From Acidobacteriota bacterium (GTDB lineage Bacteria > Acidobacteriota > Vicinamibacteria > Vicinamibacterales > UBA2999): 64,000 bases of DNA. Within the stretch, counting starts at the first letter, position 1. Every line of letters begins with the position of its first letter. Where the stretch lies: NCBI GenBank assembly GCA_031376505.1, contig JANMDX010000328.1, positions 1,044 to 65,043 of the forward strand, given 5' to 3'. Position numbers and translations under genes: made by a program. Shown piece by piece: positions 24,862 through 34,120 of the stretch. Below the pieces are notes generated by a model. The model made no database searches and was not told the DNA's origin. It saw only the letters and a list, made by a program, of their open reading frames with translations.

Positions 24862-26097
24862 CTACACGGCTCCTGGGCGGCCGCGCTTGCGCGCCAGTTC
24901 CCGCTCGATGATCGCCACCAGCTGTGCGGTGACGTCATCTGGATTAAACAGGGTTCGGGCGATGTCGCGCCCGCGTTCGCCCCGAGCCCGGCTCGCCGCC
25001 GGGTCACGTGCGTACTCGTCGACGTGCCCGCGCAGCTCGTCGAGGGTTGAAAACGTGCTGCCGCCACTGGTGGTCTCGACGATCTCGGGCAGCGGTCCGA
25101 TGCGGCGGGTGATGACCGGTGTGCCTTGCGCCAGCGATTCAATGACGACCATGCCGAAGGTCTCGAATCCCTTCGAAGGTACGAGCGACGCCGTCGCGTG
25201 GCGGTAGTAGGGCGCCAGTCGGTCCGATGGCACGCGTCCGACGAAGTGGATGCGCGGCCGCCCGGCGGCCCGCGCCCGCAGCGTCGCGTCGAGGGTTCCG
25301 GCGCCAGCAATCACGAGGTCCGAACCGGTCTCGCCGTCGAAGGCGGCGATCAGGTCGTCGACACCCTTGATTGGCTCGAGGCGTCCGGCGAAGAAGAAGT
25401 ACGGACGAGGATGCGGCGACGGCCCTTCGTAGGGGCGCGGCGGCATGGGCACGCCATAGGGCACCACGTCCATCGTGCGCGGGAAGCCGAACGCCGCATG
25501 TTGCGCCTGGCTGAAACGGCTGCGTGCCACGAACGCATCGACATGCCGCAGTTCCCGAGCCAGCATGCCGGTGTGTCGCCAGGGTTGCGGCGGGCGGCCG
25601 TGGGCCAGGACGCATCGGACACATTCGCGGCCCACGCATGCCTCGCGATTGTGGCGCCACAGCACGTGTGACTCACACACGAGCCAGTGCTCGTGGGCCA
25701 CATAGATCCGCGCGGCATCGCCACCAAAGTGCAGCAGGCCGGGACCGCCAACAAGCGACATGTTGTTGAACAGGACTGCGTCGAATCGTCCCTCGCGGTC
25801 GAGTGCCTGTAGCCGCGCGCGGTGGATCGTAGGGCGGCCCAACTGATGCGTGAGCAGCGTCGCGATGCGTGGGATGACGCTGCGCAGCGCCACGACGTTG
25901 ACCAGCGGATCTGGCTCGGCCGGCGGCGGCTCAGCGCCGGTCATGCCGACGTATGCGTCCGTATCGTGAATGACCGTGACGTCGTGACCGAGGCCCGCGA
26001 GCACCCGGGCGGTGCGCTGCACGTCGATGCCGTCTCCGCCGAAGTTATACGGGGGGTAGAACGTCGTCAGCGACGCGATGCGTAGGGCCGCGCTCAT
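24862..26097 (-). CDS. family-4 (GT-B) glycosyltransferase
   Basis: Trimmed to ATG 26097 (MSAALRIASLTTFYPPYNFGGDGI...). C-terminal PSKGFETFGMVVIESLAQGTPVI (EX7E region). ATGA overlap with the upstream gene. Confidence 0.9.
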   Translation of the reverse strand: MSAALRIASLTTFYPPYNFGGDGIDVQRTARVLAGLGHDVTVIHDTDAYVGMTGAEPPPAEPDPLVNVVALRSVIPRIATLLTHQLGRPTIHRARLQALDREGRFDAVLFNNMSLVGGPGLLHFGGDAARIYVAHEHWLVCESHVLWRHNREACVGRECVRCVLAHGRPPQPWRHTGMLARELRHVDAFVARSRFSQAQHAAFGFPRTMDVVPYGVPMPPRPYEGPSPHPRPYFFFAGRLEPIKGVDDLIAAFDGETGSDLVIAGAGTLDATLRARAAGRPRIHFVGRVPSDRLAPYYRHATASLVPSKGFETFGMVVIESLAQGTPVITRRIGPLPEIVETTSGGSTFSTLDELRGHVDEYARDPAASRARGERGRDIARTLFNPDDVTAQLVAIIERELARKRGRPGAV

Positions 26098-27272
26098 CGC
26101 GCAGCCTCGGCGAGGGCCGCCATCGCCTGAGTCGCGCAGGCCTGCCACGAGAGCGCCGCCACCCGTGTGAGCGCGGTCGCTCCCATGGCGGCCCGAGCCG
26201 TGTCATCGGTGGCGAGCCGCCACAGCGCCTCGGTGAGCCCGTCGAGATCTGACGGTTCTACGAAGATGCCGCCGCCGTCGAGCAACTGCGGCAGGGGACT
26301 GGCCGTCGTGGCCACGACCGGACTGCCGCACGCAGCCGCCTCGACGGCGGGCAGACCGAAGCCCTCATTCATGGACGGCAGTGCGAGCGCCACCGAGCTG
26401 CTATGCAACTGGCGCAGGTCCTCGTCCGAGACGAACCCGGGCCACAGGACTCGAGCGCTGGTGCCGGCCGCCTCGATGGCCGCACGAATCTGGCCTTGCG
26501 CGCCGTGGAATGGATCTCCTGACAGGGTGCCGACCAGCACGAGCCACGGCGTGGCGGCGCCGAGACGTGCAAACAGCCGGCCGTGCGCCGCGGCCAGCAG
26601 GTGCACGTTCTTGTGCGGGCTGAACCCGCCGACGTACATGATCCACCGAGCGTCGGGCGGTAATCCCAGCCGCGAGGCAACCGCCGCAATGTCCGCGGGA
26701 GCGTCGCTTGGGCGATACACGCGCGACGGCGCTTCGACCGCCACGTGCATTCGCGCCCGCGACACGCCCAGGACCTCGGCGATTTCGCCGGCGGCAAACT
26801 CTGACACCGTCAACACTCTCGTAGCTTGCCACAGGGCCAGCGCGACCTTGGCTCGCCAGAAGAGACGCGCCCGCGGACTCGGCAAGGTCAATTCTGGAAA
26901 GCGCTCGGCGATCGCGTCGTGCACCGTGACGACCGACCGAATGCCTGGCGGCAACGGGAAGTAGGTATAGACCGACGGGGAAAAGAAGACGTCGGAGGGA
27001 TGCGCCGCGACCGCCCGTGTCAGGCGCAGCATGTCAATCGGCGAGCGGTTGCCGCCGGCGGCGGCCGCGGCCGTCGGCGACGCGGACTGGTAGACTTCGA
27101 GGCACTCCACGTTGGGCGCGTCGAGCGTGAAGCACGCGTGCGCCCGGGCGTCGACAAAGCAGCGGAACCGCCACTCGGGCGCTTGCGCGGCCATTGCGGT
27201 CAGCAGTTCGCGCGTGAACCGCCCATAACCGCGTTCGTTGGCCCAGCACGTCGCGTCGACGCCCACGAGCAT
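26094..27272 (-). CDS. family-4 (GT-B) glycosyltransferase
   Basis: MLVGVDATCWANERGYGRFTRELL...; PSMNEGFGLPAVEAAACGSPVV (EX7E region). Confidence 0.9.
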   Translation of the reverse strand: MLVGVDATCWANERGYGRFTRELLTAMAAQAPEWRFRCFVDARAHACFTLDAPNVECLEVYQSASPTAAAAAGGNRSPIDMLRLTRAVAAHPSDVFFSPSVYTYFPLPPGIRSVVTVHDAIAERFPELTLPSPRARLFWRAKVALALWQATRVLTVSEFAAGEIAEVLGVSRARMHVAVEAPSRVYRPSDAPADIAAVASRLGLPPDARWIMYVGGFSPHKNVHLLAAAHGRLFARLGAATPWLVLVGTLSGDPFHGAQGQIRAAIEAAGTSARVLWPGFVSDEDLRQLHSSSVALALPSMNEGFGLPAVEAAACGSPVVATTASPLPQLLDGGGIFVEPSDLDGLTEALWRLATDDTARAAMGATALTRVAALSWQACATQAMAALAEAAR

Positions 27273-27274
27273 GG

Positions 27275-28750
27275 CTAGCCGCCGGCGGCGGCGGCGCCGG
27301 ACCCGGCCGTTTCCATCTTCTGTTCCTCGTGGTATTCGAAGTCGGTGTTGACTTCCCAGATGTCGTGCGACGCGCCCTGCATGTTCATGACGGCCATCAT
27401 GGCCGTAAGCATGGAGTGATCCTGGTTGTTGTACTTGTGCATGCCGTTGCGCCCGACGGTGTGCAAATTCCGGATCGGGTCGATGTAGTCACGAACGCCG
27501 TCGAGATGTCCCCGGTACTTGGAGTCGTAGATCGGGTAGGCCTTGGGCATGCGTATGACGGCGCCGTCCTTGACGTCGGAGGCCTTGGCCAAGCCCAACT
27601 GCTCGAGTTCCCGTGCCGCCTGGGCAACCAGGTCGGCGTCGGTGCTGTCCCAGAGCCCATCGCCCTTGAAACAGAAGTACTCCATGCCCAGGCAGGTCGT
27701 GCCGGCGTCGGGCACCATGGCCTTGCTCCAATTGTTGAAGTTCTGGATGCGGCCCACCTTCACTCCGGGCGTGTGGATGTAGATCCAGTTGTCGGGGAAC
27801 AGGTCCTCGCGGTTCAGCATCAACGCCACGACGAGAAAGTCCCGGTACCGCAAGCCCTCCGCGTCGTCTTTGACCGTCTGGGGCACCTGCGGGTCAAGGG
27901 CGCGCACGAGTGACCGTACCGGCATCGTGGAGAAGAAGTGCGCCCCCTCGAACCGCTTCTCGCCGTCAGGCGTCTGTGCGCGCACCGCGACGATGTTGCC
28001 CTCCTGCTGCTCGATGGCGGTGACGTAGTGTTTCATCAGCACCCGTCCGCCCATGCCCTCGATGCGCTTGGCCGCCATTTCCCACATCTGGCCGGGGCCG
28101 AGCCGCGGGTACTGGAACTCGTTGATGAGCGACTTGATGTCGTTCGACCGTCGGTTGAGGGCGGTCGCATTGAGAATGGCCTTGGCGAGCGACAGCCCCT
28201 GAATGCGCTGCGCTGCCCACTCGGCGCGAATCTCAGTGCAGGGAATGCCCCAGACTTTCTCGGTATAGGTCTTGAAAAAGATCTCGAACAGGCGCTTGCC
28301 AAACCGGTTGGTGACCCACTGCTCGAAGTTCTCTTCGACAGGGTACGGCTTGTAGTGCCACCACAGGTAGCTCATGAAGATCCGCGCCGCGTTGACTGGG
28401 CCAAGGCCCGCGAGCGCGTTTCCGGCCTTGAGCGGGTAGTCGAAGAACTTTCCCTGGTAGTGGATGCGCGACATGCGCGGTACCGAGATGAACTCGTTCC
28501 CGAGGATCTCGTGCCACAGGGCTTCCACGGGGGCAATCTTCGTGAAGAAGCGGTGGCCGCCGATGTCGAAACGATAACCCTTGTATTGGGCGGTGCGTGA
28601 GATGCCGCCGAGTATGTCGTCTCCTTCGAGCACCGTCACGGGCCATCCCATTTTGGTCATCTGGTAGGCTGCGGTCAGTCCGGCTGGACCTCCACCGATG
28701 ACGACGATCCGATCTCCCGGCGCGTATTGTGCGACGGCGCGCGCTGCCAT
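27275..28750 (-). CDS. FAD-dependent oxidoreductase of the amine-oxidase / UDP-galactopyranose-mutase-like type
   Basis: ATG 28750 lies 6 nt after GGGAGGA. Motifs: IVVIGGGPAGLTAAY (GxGxxG), LEGDDILGGISRT and FDIGGHRFFT. Confidence 0.85.
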   Translation of the reverse strand: MAARAVAQYAPGDRIVVIGGGPAGLTAAYQMTKMGWPVTVLEGDDILGGISRTAQYKGYRFDIGGHRFFTKIAPVEALWHEILGNEFISVPRMSRIHYQGKFFDYPLKAGNALAGLGPVNAARIFMSYLWWHYKPYPVEENFEQWVTNRFGKRLFEIFFKTYTEKVWGIPCTEIRAEWAAQRIQGLSLAKAILNATALNRRSNDIKSLINEFQYPRLGPGQMWEMAAKRIEGMGGRVLMKHYVTAIEQQEGNIVAVRAQTPDGEKRFEGAHFFSTMPVRSLVRALDPQVPQTVKDDAEGLRYRDFLVVALMLNREDLFPDNWIYIHTPGVKVGRIQNFNNWSKAMVPDAGTTCLGMEYFCFKGDGLWDSTDADLVAQAARELEQLGLAKASDVKDGAVIRMPKAYPIYDSKYRGHLDGVRDYIDPIRNLHTVGRNGMHKYNNQDHSMLTAMMAVMNMQGASHDIWEVNTDFEYHEEQKMETAGSGAAAAGG

Positions 28751-28955
28751 GCCTAGTCCTCCCACCCCCGCCGACCCGTGGCGTCATGCACATCCGTGGC
28801 GCCGCTCGGCATCGCCGCGCTGTCTAGCAAACGTCTCCCGGCCCGAACGCCGTAGTGGACTTCGAGCGTCCACGTGCCAAGCGTCGTTCTCCACCGGGGA
28901 TTGCCATCGCCTACTTCCCTAGCACGTCGTGTGCCACAGTGCAGGCACGACCAAC

Positions 28956-28984
28956 TTGACGAAGTCTATCCGAAGACAGATATT
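28956..28984 (+). promoter_or_regulatory. putative sigma-70-type promoter for the plus-strand glycosyltransferase operon
   Basis: TTGACG, a 17-nt spacer, then GATATT, inside the ~420-bp divergent intergenic region. Confidence 0.35.
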
Positions 28985-29172
28985 GGTCCCCTTGTCGACT
29001 GAAGCACTGGCCCGCAGGGCTATCCAGGGTGTTGCCCTCGTGGCGCCAACGTTCCTCTGCGCGGTCGCCTCGTGCCCGAGTCGGAACTGCTCGTTTCTTC
29101 CCCGGATCCGAGGCCGCTCTTAGGATAACGCACAGTGCGGTTACGGACGATAATCCTTCCGACCACCCCATC

Positions 29173-30240
29173 GTGCCTGCCATCACCACGGTCATCGTGC
29201 CGTTTCACCGCAACGTGTCGATGCTAAGACGCGTCCTTGAGCCGTTTCGTGACAGGGCGGCGACGACCGAGTTGTTGATCGCGGCTGACGGCGCCGTCGA
29301 AGACTGGCTGTCGCTCGCCGACGAATTTCATGCAGAGCGCGTCGGCTGGCCGACTTCGCAAGGTCCTGCCACCACCCGCAATCGCGCCGCCAGCGTTGCG
29401 CGGGGCCGCTACCTGCTCTTCGTCGATGGCGACGTCGTGGCGGAGCCTGGCGTCGTGGAGCGCGTGGAACATTTTTTTTCCGAGCACCCACATGCAGCAG
29501 CCGTGTTTGGCGCGTACGACGACACTCCCGAGGCGCCCGCCTTTATTTCCCAGTACCGCAATCTCCAGCACCGTTGGGTACACTGCAACGGTGGCCGAGA
29601 GGCGCGCACGTTCTGGGCCGGGCTAGGCGCCGTAAAGGCCGACCGCCTCCGTGCGGTTGGCGGCTACGACGAGCGATTTCGACGCCCTTCCGTCGAGGAC
29701 ATCGATCTTGGCTATCGACTGCACGCGTCTGGCGCGCGGATCTTGATCGACCCTGGACTGAACGGAAAACACCTCAAGTGCTGGACGTTTGCCTCGAGCA
29801 TCGTGTCCGACGTGAGAGACCGTGGCGTGCCGTGGACTCAGCTGATCCTGCGCTACGGCGGCCTGACGACCGACCTGAACCTGGTGTGGGGGCTCAGGAT
29901 TTCTGTCGTGTGCGCCTACCTGGTCGTGCTGCTCGCAGCTATGGCGTTGACCGACGCGCGAGTTCTCCTGGCGATGCCGGTGCCGGTGGCGTTGTTGTTG
30001 ATCTTGAACCGCAGCTATTACGGCTACTTTGGCCGCACCCGCGGGCCGTGGTTTGCGACGCGCGTGGTGTGTGCGCACTTCGTCCATCACCTGTGCAATG
30101 GCGTCTCGTTCGTCGTCGGCACCGCGCTGTTCCATCTGAAGCGACGCTTCGGCGTGCAGACGACCTGGACGCTGCCGCAGGCTCCTCACGCCCCGGCCCT
30201 CACGCCGCCGTGGCGCCGGGATGAGGTTGCGGGCGCATGA
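29173..30240 (+). CDS. family-2 glycosyltransferase with C-terminal TM helices
   Basis: VPAITTVIVPFHRN, LIAADGAVED, LLFVDGDV and SVEDIDLGYRL. Start is uncertain: GTG 29173 was chosen because the track N-terminus (from 29029) is Arg/Ser-rich and not GT2-like. Confidence 0.8.
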   Translation: MPAITTVIVPFHRNVSMLRRVLEPFRDRAATTELLIAADGAVEDWLSLADEFHAERVGWPTSQGPATTRNRAASVARGRYLLFVDGDVVAEPGVVERVEHFFSEHPHAAAVFGAYDDTPEAPAFISQYRNLQHRWVHCNGGREARTFWAGLGAVKADRLRAVGGYDERFRRPSVEDIDLGYRLHASGARILIDPGLNGKHLKCWTFASSIVSDVRDRGVPWTQLILRYGGLTTDLNLVWGLRISVVCAYLVVLLAAMALTDARVLLAMPVPVALLLILNRSYYGYFGRTRGPWFATRVVCAHFVHHLCNGVSFVVGTALFHLKRRFGVQTTWTLPQAPHAPALTPPWRRDEVAGA

Positions 30241-31913
30241 GCGTCGATAGCGGGACGCCAGGCGTTGCTCCGTTCAGGCGTCGCGGCACTTCAATAGCGC
30301 TGATGCTCGGATGCGCGGTGGTCGCGGTGGTGCTTGCAAGTGTAGGCATCGGCAATGAAGCGTATGTCTCCCTTCAGGGTGACATGGCGCGGCACATGAT
30401 GAACGGCACGTTTCTGATGGATGCCGTCTTCGACTGGCCCAAGAGCGCTGAGGCGTTCGAGTATGCCCGGCACTACTACGCGCGCTATCCCGCCCTGTCG
30501 CTTGGCCATCACCCCATCCTCCTTGCCATTGCGGAAGCGCCGGTGTTTGCGGTGTTCGGGCCATCGGTAGCTTCTGCTCGCATGGTCTCGTTGACATTTT
30601 TCGTCGTCGGCGTCGTCTTTTTGTACAAGCTGGTGTCAGAGGTACTCGGCGAATGGCCGGGCGCGGCGGCAGCCTTGGCCTACGCGTCGGGCCCACAGAC
30701 CGTCCGACTGGCGCAATCTGTGATGACCGAGACACCGGCCCTGTCACTGCTCTTGGGTGCTTCCTACTTTGCCCATCGGTTCGCAGTGACCGGCCAGTCA
30801 CGCGCCATCTATGTCGCCACCATCCTTGCAGCCGGAAGCCTGTGGGCCAAGCAGCTCGCGGCAGCCGCCCTCCCGGGCGTGATTGTCTACGTGTGGTTCC
30901 ACCTCGGTTGGCGCCGTCTCATGCGCCGGGACGTCGTGTGTGCCACGCTCGTGTCAGCAGCTCTGGTTGCCCCTCTCGTGCCGATGACCATGTTGATGTC
31001 GCCCTACAATGTGGCCCACGCTGTCAGCGCGGCCTCGAGCGTCGGTGAGTCAGGCCGGGTGGCGGACGTTGCTGACTCCTTGTCGTTCGCCGCACTGGAG
31101 CACTTCTCTCTGCCAATCCTCATGTTGAGTGTGGTGGGCTTCGTGCTTCTGGTCATCCGCCGAAGCCCGTTCGCGCCGAGCACGGCGCTCTGGATCGCGG
31201 GTACGGGGTTGGTCGTCGGCGTTGCGGCGAACCAGGACCCGGTCCGCTACGCCATCTACTGGACGCCGGCCGTCGCCATCTGCTTTGGCGCCTTGGCGAC
31301 CCTCGGCGGCGGCCTGCGTTCGTGGATTCTAGGCGCGGTGATGATGGCAGCGCTGGTCGCGCAGGTTGTCGAGTCCTCGCACATACGCCTGGCCGGCGCA
31401 GACGGCTACGAACAGGCAGCCCGGTTCGTCGTGGACCACCCACGTGGCTCCACGGTGATGTTTGCCGGCGACGTCGACGCCGGCTTCTTCAGCTTCTTCG
31501 TTCGGAAGCACGACCCCGAGCGGAAGGCAATCGTGCTGAGGGCAGACAAGCTGTTGACGACCTCGATGATGGGCGCCGTGGCTATCGAGGACCGCATTGC
31601 CGACGCCAGCCAGATTGCCGGCGTGGTCCGGACATTCGGCGTGGGCTATGTCGTCGTCGAGGACCGTCCGAGCAGGTCGAAGGTGCAGAACTGGCTGCTC
31701 GATGAGCTCAAGACCGCCGGCTATGTGGTGAGGCTCACGCTGCCCACGTTCTCGACCGACGTTCGGCTGCGGAATGTGAACCTCCTCGTTTACGAGGTGC
31801 TCAACGCCATGCCGGCCGCGCCCGACGCCCGGTTGGACATCCGGTTGCCGCTCGTGTCCCAACAGATCGATGTCCCCGTGTCCGACCTGATCAACCGCAA
31901 ATACCTGCGCTAG
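30237..31913 (+). CDS. GT-C fold glycosyltransferase (ArnT/PMT-like, GT39/GT83 type)
   Basis: About 10 TM helices in the N-terminal two-thirds, with an early loop GDMARHMMNG, then a soluble C-terminal domain. ATGA overlap with the preceding GT2. Confidence 0.75.
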   Translation: MSVDSGTPGVAPFRRRGTSIALMLGCAVVAVVLASVGIGNEAYVSLQGDMARHMMNGTFLMDAVFDWPKSAEAFEYARHYYARYPALSLGHHPILLAIAEAPVFAVFGPSVASARMVSLTFFVVGVVFLYKLVSEVLGEWPGAAAALAYASGPQTVRLAQSVMTETPALSLLLGASYFAHRFAVTGQSRAIYVATILAAGSLWAKQLAAAALPGVIVYVWFHLGWRRLMRRDVVCATLVSAALVAPLVPMTMLMSPYNVAHAVSAASSVGESGRVADVADSLSFAALEHFSLPILMLSVVGFVLLVIRRSPFAPSTALWIAGTGLVVGVAANQDPVRYAIYWTPAVAICFGALATLGGGLRSWILGAVMMAALVAQVVESSHIRLAGADGYEQAARFVVDHPRGSTVMFAGDVDAGFFSFFVRKHDPERKAIVLRADKLLTTSMMGAVAIEDRIADASQIAGVVRTFGVGYVVVEDRPSRSKVQNWLLDELKTAGYVVRLTLPTFSTDVRLRNVNLLVYEVLNAMPAAPDARLDIRLPLVSQQIDVPVSDLINRKYLR

Positions 31914-31953
31914 CGCTCCCGCCGCGCTACTATGTGCTCGAGGAGCACAAGCC

Positions 31954-34014
31954 GTGCCGCGTTCTTTCCTTCGCCTGGCCGCTTGCGCGGTCGCGCTGCT
32001 GCTCATGATGTCGCCGCCTGCGCTCAGGTCGCAGACGCCTGAGCCGCGCTTTCGGGGCGGTGCCAATCTCGTGCGCCTCGACGTCTACGCGTCGGCAAAC
32101 GGGGTGGCGATCACCGACCTCTCCGCCGGGGACTTCGAGGTGCTCGAAGACAATGCGCTGCAGCAGGTCTCTTCGTTCGAGTTCGTTCAGGCGCGCGGCG
32201 TCGTGCCCGAATCAGCCCGCGTCGAGCCCGACACGGTGGCCGGCTCGCGGGCCCGAGCGGCGCAGCCGAACGCGCGGGTCTTCGTGTTATTCCTCGACAC
32301 CGCGCACGTACAGGTCGACGGTTCGTATCGCGCACAGAACCCGGTGGCGGCGTTGCTCGACCGCGTGGTGGGTGAGGACGACCTCGTCGGCGTGATGACG
32401 GCTGACATGTCGGCGCGCAACATCACGTTGTCGCCGCGGACCGCGTCGATTGGCGAGATGCTGCGCACCAATTGGACGTGGGGTGAGCGGGGCCGCGTGA
32501 TGCCGCGCGATCCGCGAGACCAAGACGTCGAGCAGTGCTATCCGGATAGCGGCCCGACCCAGGGGTTCGCCCAGCCGATCATCGAGCGGCGACGGGAGGC
32601 CCGGACGTTGACGGCGATCGACGACCTGATTCAACACCTCGAGGGTGTCCGCGAGGAGCGGTCCTTCGTGCTGCTGCTGTCAGAGGGCTGGCTCCTGCCT
32701 CGCCCCGACCCGGCGTTGGGCCGGCCGATCGCGTGGCCAGGAGGGACGAGGACGGTTCCCGGAGGTCCTGATGATCTGGGGCTGACGTCCGGCGGCAAGC
32801 TGACGATCGGTGAGGTGACGGGTAACCGAAGCTTCGAGTCGTGTGAGCGCGAACGCGGGTTGCTCGCCAACCAGGATTTCGCGATGGAGTTCCAGTTGTT
32901 GATGCGGCGGGCCAACCGGGCCAACGTCAGCTTCTATCCCGTCGACCCGCGTGGCCTCGTCGTAGTCGACGACCCCATCGGTCCCGGTCGCCCTTCGAGC
33001 CCGGCCGCAGACGCAACGCGGCTGGCCAGCCGTCAAGAGAATCTCCGGCAGCTCGCGGCAGAGACCGACGGCGCGGTCGTGCTCAATACCAACATCGACA
33101 AAGCGCTTCCGCGTCTGTTGACCGACGTTGGCTCATACTACTTGCTCGGGTACGTCTCGACCAACCAGAAGCTGGACGGCCGCTACCGCAAGCTCACCGT
33201 TCGCGTGACGCGCCCCGGCGTCGAGGTGCGCACCCGGCCCGGGTATCTGGCGCCGACGGCGGCCGAGATCACGGCGGCGCAGGCACCGCGGCCCTCGCGC
33301 GTGTCGGCGCGCGTCGATCAGGCGCTGTCGGGTTTGCCGAGCGGCCGGCGCGTGCCGGCCATGTACCTCCATGCGGCCGGCGGCGCAGGGTATGTGCAGG
33401 TCACCGTCGAAGTCGATCGTGCCACGGCCGCCGCGGCTGAGTGGAGCAAGGGCGCCCAGGTGCGGCTCGAGATCGAGCCCTCGAGCGGCGGGGAGCGCCG
33501 GAGTGAAACGGCCACCCTTGACCCCGGCGCGCGAGTGTTGTCATTTCGCCGTCCCGAGCACGACCAGCTGCCCGCCGGCACCTATCAGATTCGCGTGCAG
33601 GCCACGCCCGACGGCGCTCGTGTGCCCCTGAACGTCTCGACTGTGGTCACTGTGCCGCCGGCGACCGCCTTGCTCGGCTCGGCGGCGCTGGCCGCGCGGC
33701 GTGGTCCAGGCACCGGCCGGCTCTTCGTTCCGACCGCCGATGCACGCTTTCGTCGGACCGAGCGCCTCGTCGTGGAGACGCCCCTTGTGTCGAAGGCCGC
33801 CACGGTGTCGGCGCGTCTGCTCAACCGTGCCGGGCAGCCGATGGCCGTGCCGGTGACGCTGACCGAACGGACCGACGGGCTGCCGTCGGCCCGGGTGTCG
33901 ATCGCGGAGGTGTCGCTCGCGCCGCTCGCGCCGGGCGAGTACGTCGTGGAAGTGATCGCCACTGAAGGCACCAAGACCGAGATGGTCACCTTCGCCGTGC
34001 GGATCGTGCCGTAG
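31954..34014 (+). CDS. secreted VWA-related protein (resembles the VWFA-related acidobacterial domain family)
   Basis: Signal peptide, then FRGGANLVRLDVYASANGVAITDLSAGDFEVLEDNALQQVSSFEF and VFVLFLDTAHV. This opening matches my recollection of TIGR03436-type proteins. Confidence 0.8.
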   Translation: MPRSFLRLAACAVALLLMMSPPALRSQTPEPRFRGGANLVRLDVYASANGVAITDLSAGDFEVLEDNALQQVSSFEFVQARGVVPESARVEPDTVAGSRARAAQPNARVFVLFLDTAHVQVDGSYRAQNPVAALLDRVVGEDDLVGVMTADMSARNITLSPRTASIGEMLRTNWTWGERGRVMPRDPRDQDVEQCYPDSGPTQGFAQPIIERRREARTLTAIDDLIQHLEGVREERSFVLLLSEGWLLPRPDPALGRPIAWPGGTRTVPGGPDDLGLTSGGKLTIGEVTGNRSFESCERERGLLANQDFAMEFQLLMRRANRANVSFYPVDPRGLVVVDDPIGPGRPSSPAADATRLASRQENLRQLAAETDGAVVLNTNIDKALPRLLTDVGSYYLLGYVSTNQKLDGRYRKLTVRVTRPGVEVRTRPGYLAPTAAEITAAQAPRPSRVSARVDQALSGLPSGRRVPAMYLHAAGGAGYVQVTVEVDRATAAAAEWSKGAQVRLEIEPSSGGERRSETATLDPGARVLSFRRPEHDQLPAGTYQIRVQATPDGARVPLNVSTVVTVPPATALLGSAALAARRGPGTGRLFVPTADARFRRTERLVVETPLVSKAATVSARLLNRAGQPMAVPVTLTERTDGLPSARVSIAEVSLAPLAPGEYVVEVIATEGTKTEMVTFAVRIVP

Positions 34015-34120
34015 GCGGCATCGTGTCCGCGCGTCCCTGCGGCCTCGGGACACGGTGCGCAAGGCGCCGCCGCCCGTCGCCGCCTCGCCCACCGCTTCGG
34101 TCGTCGGCTAACCGCTCGCG

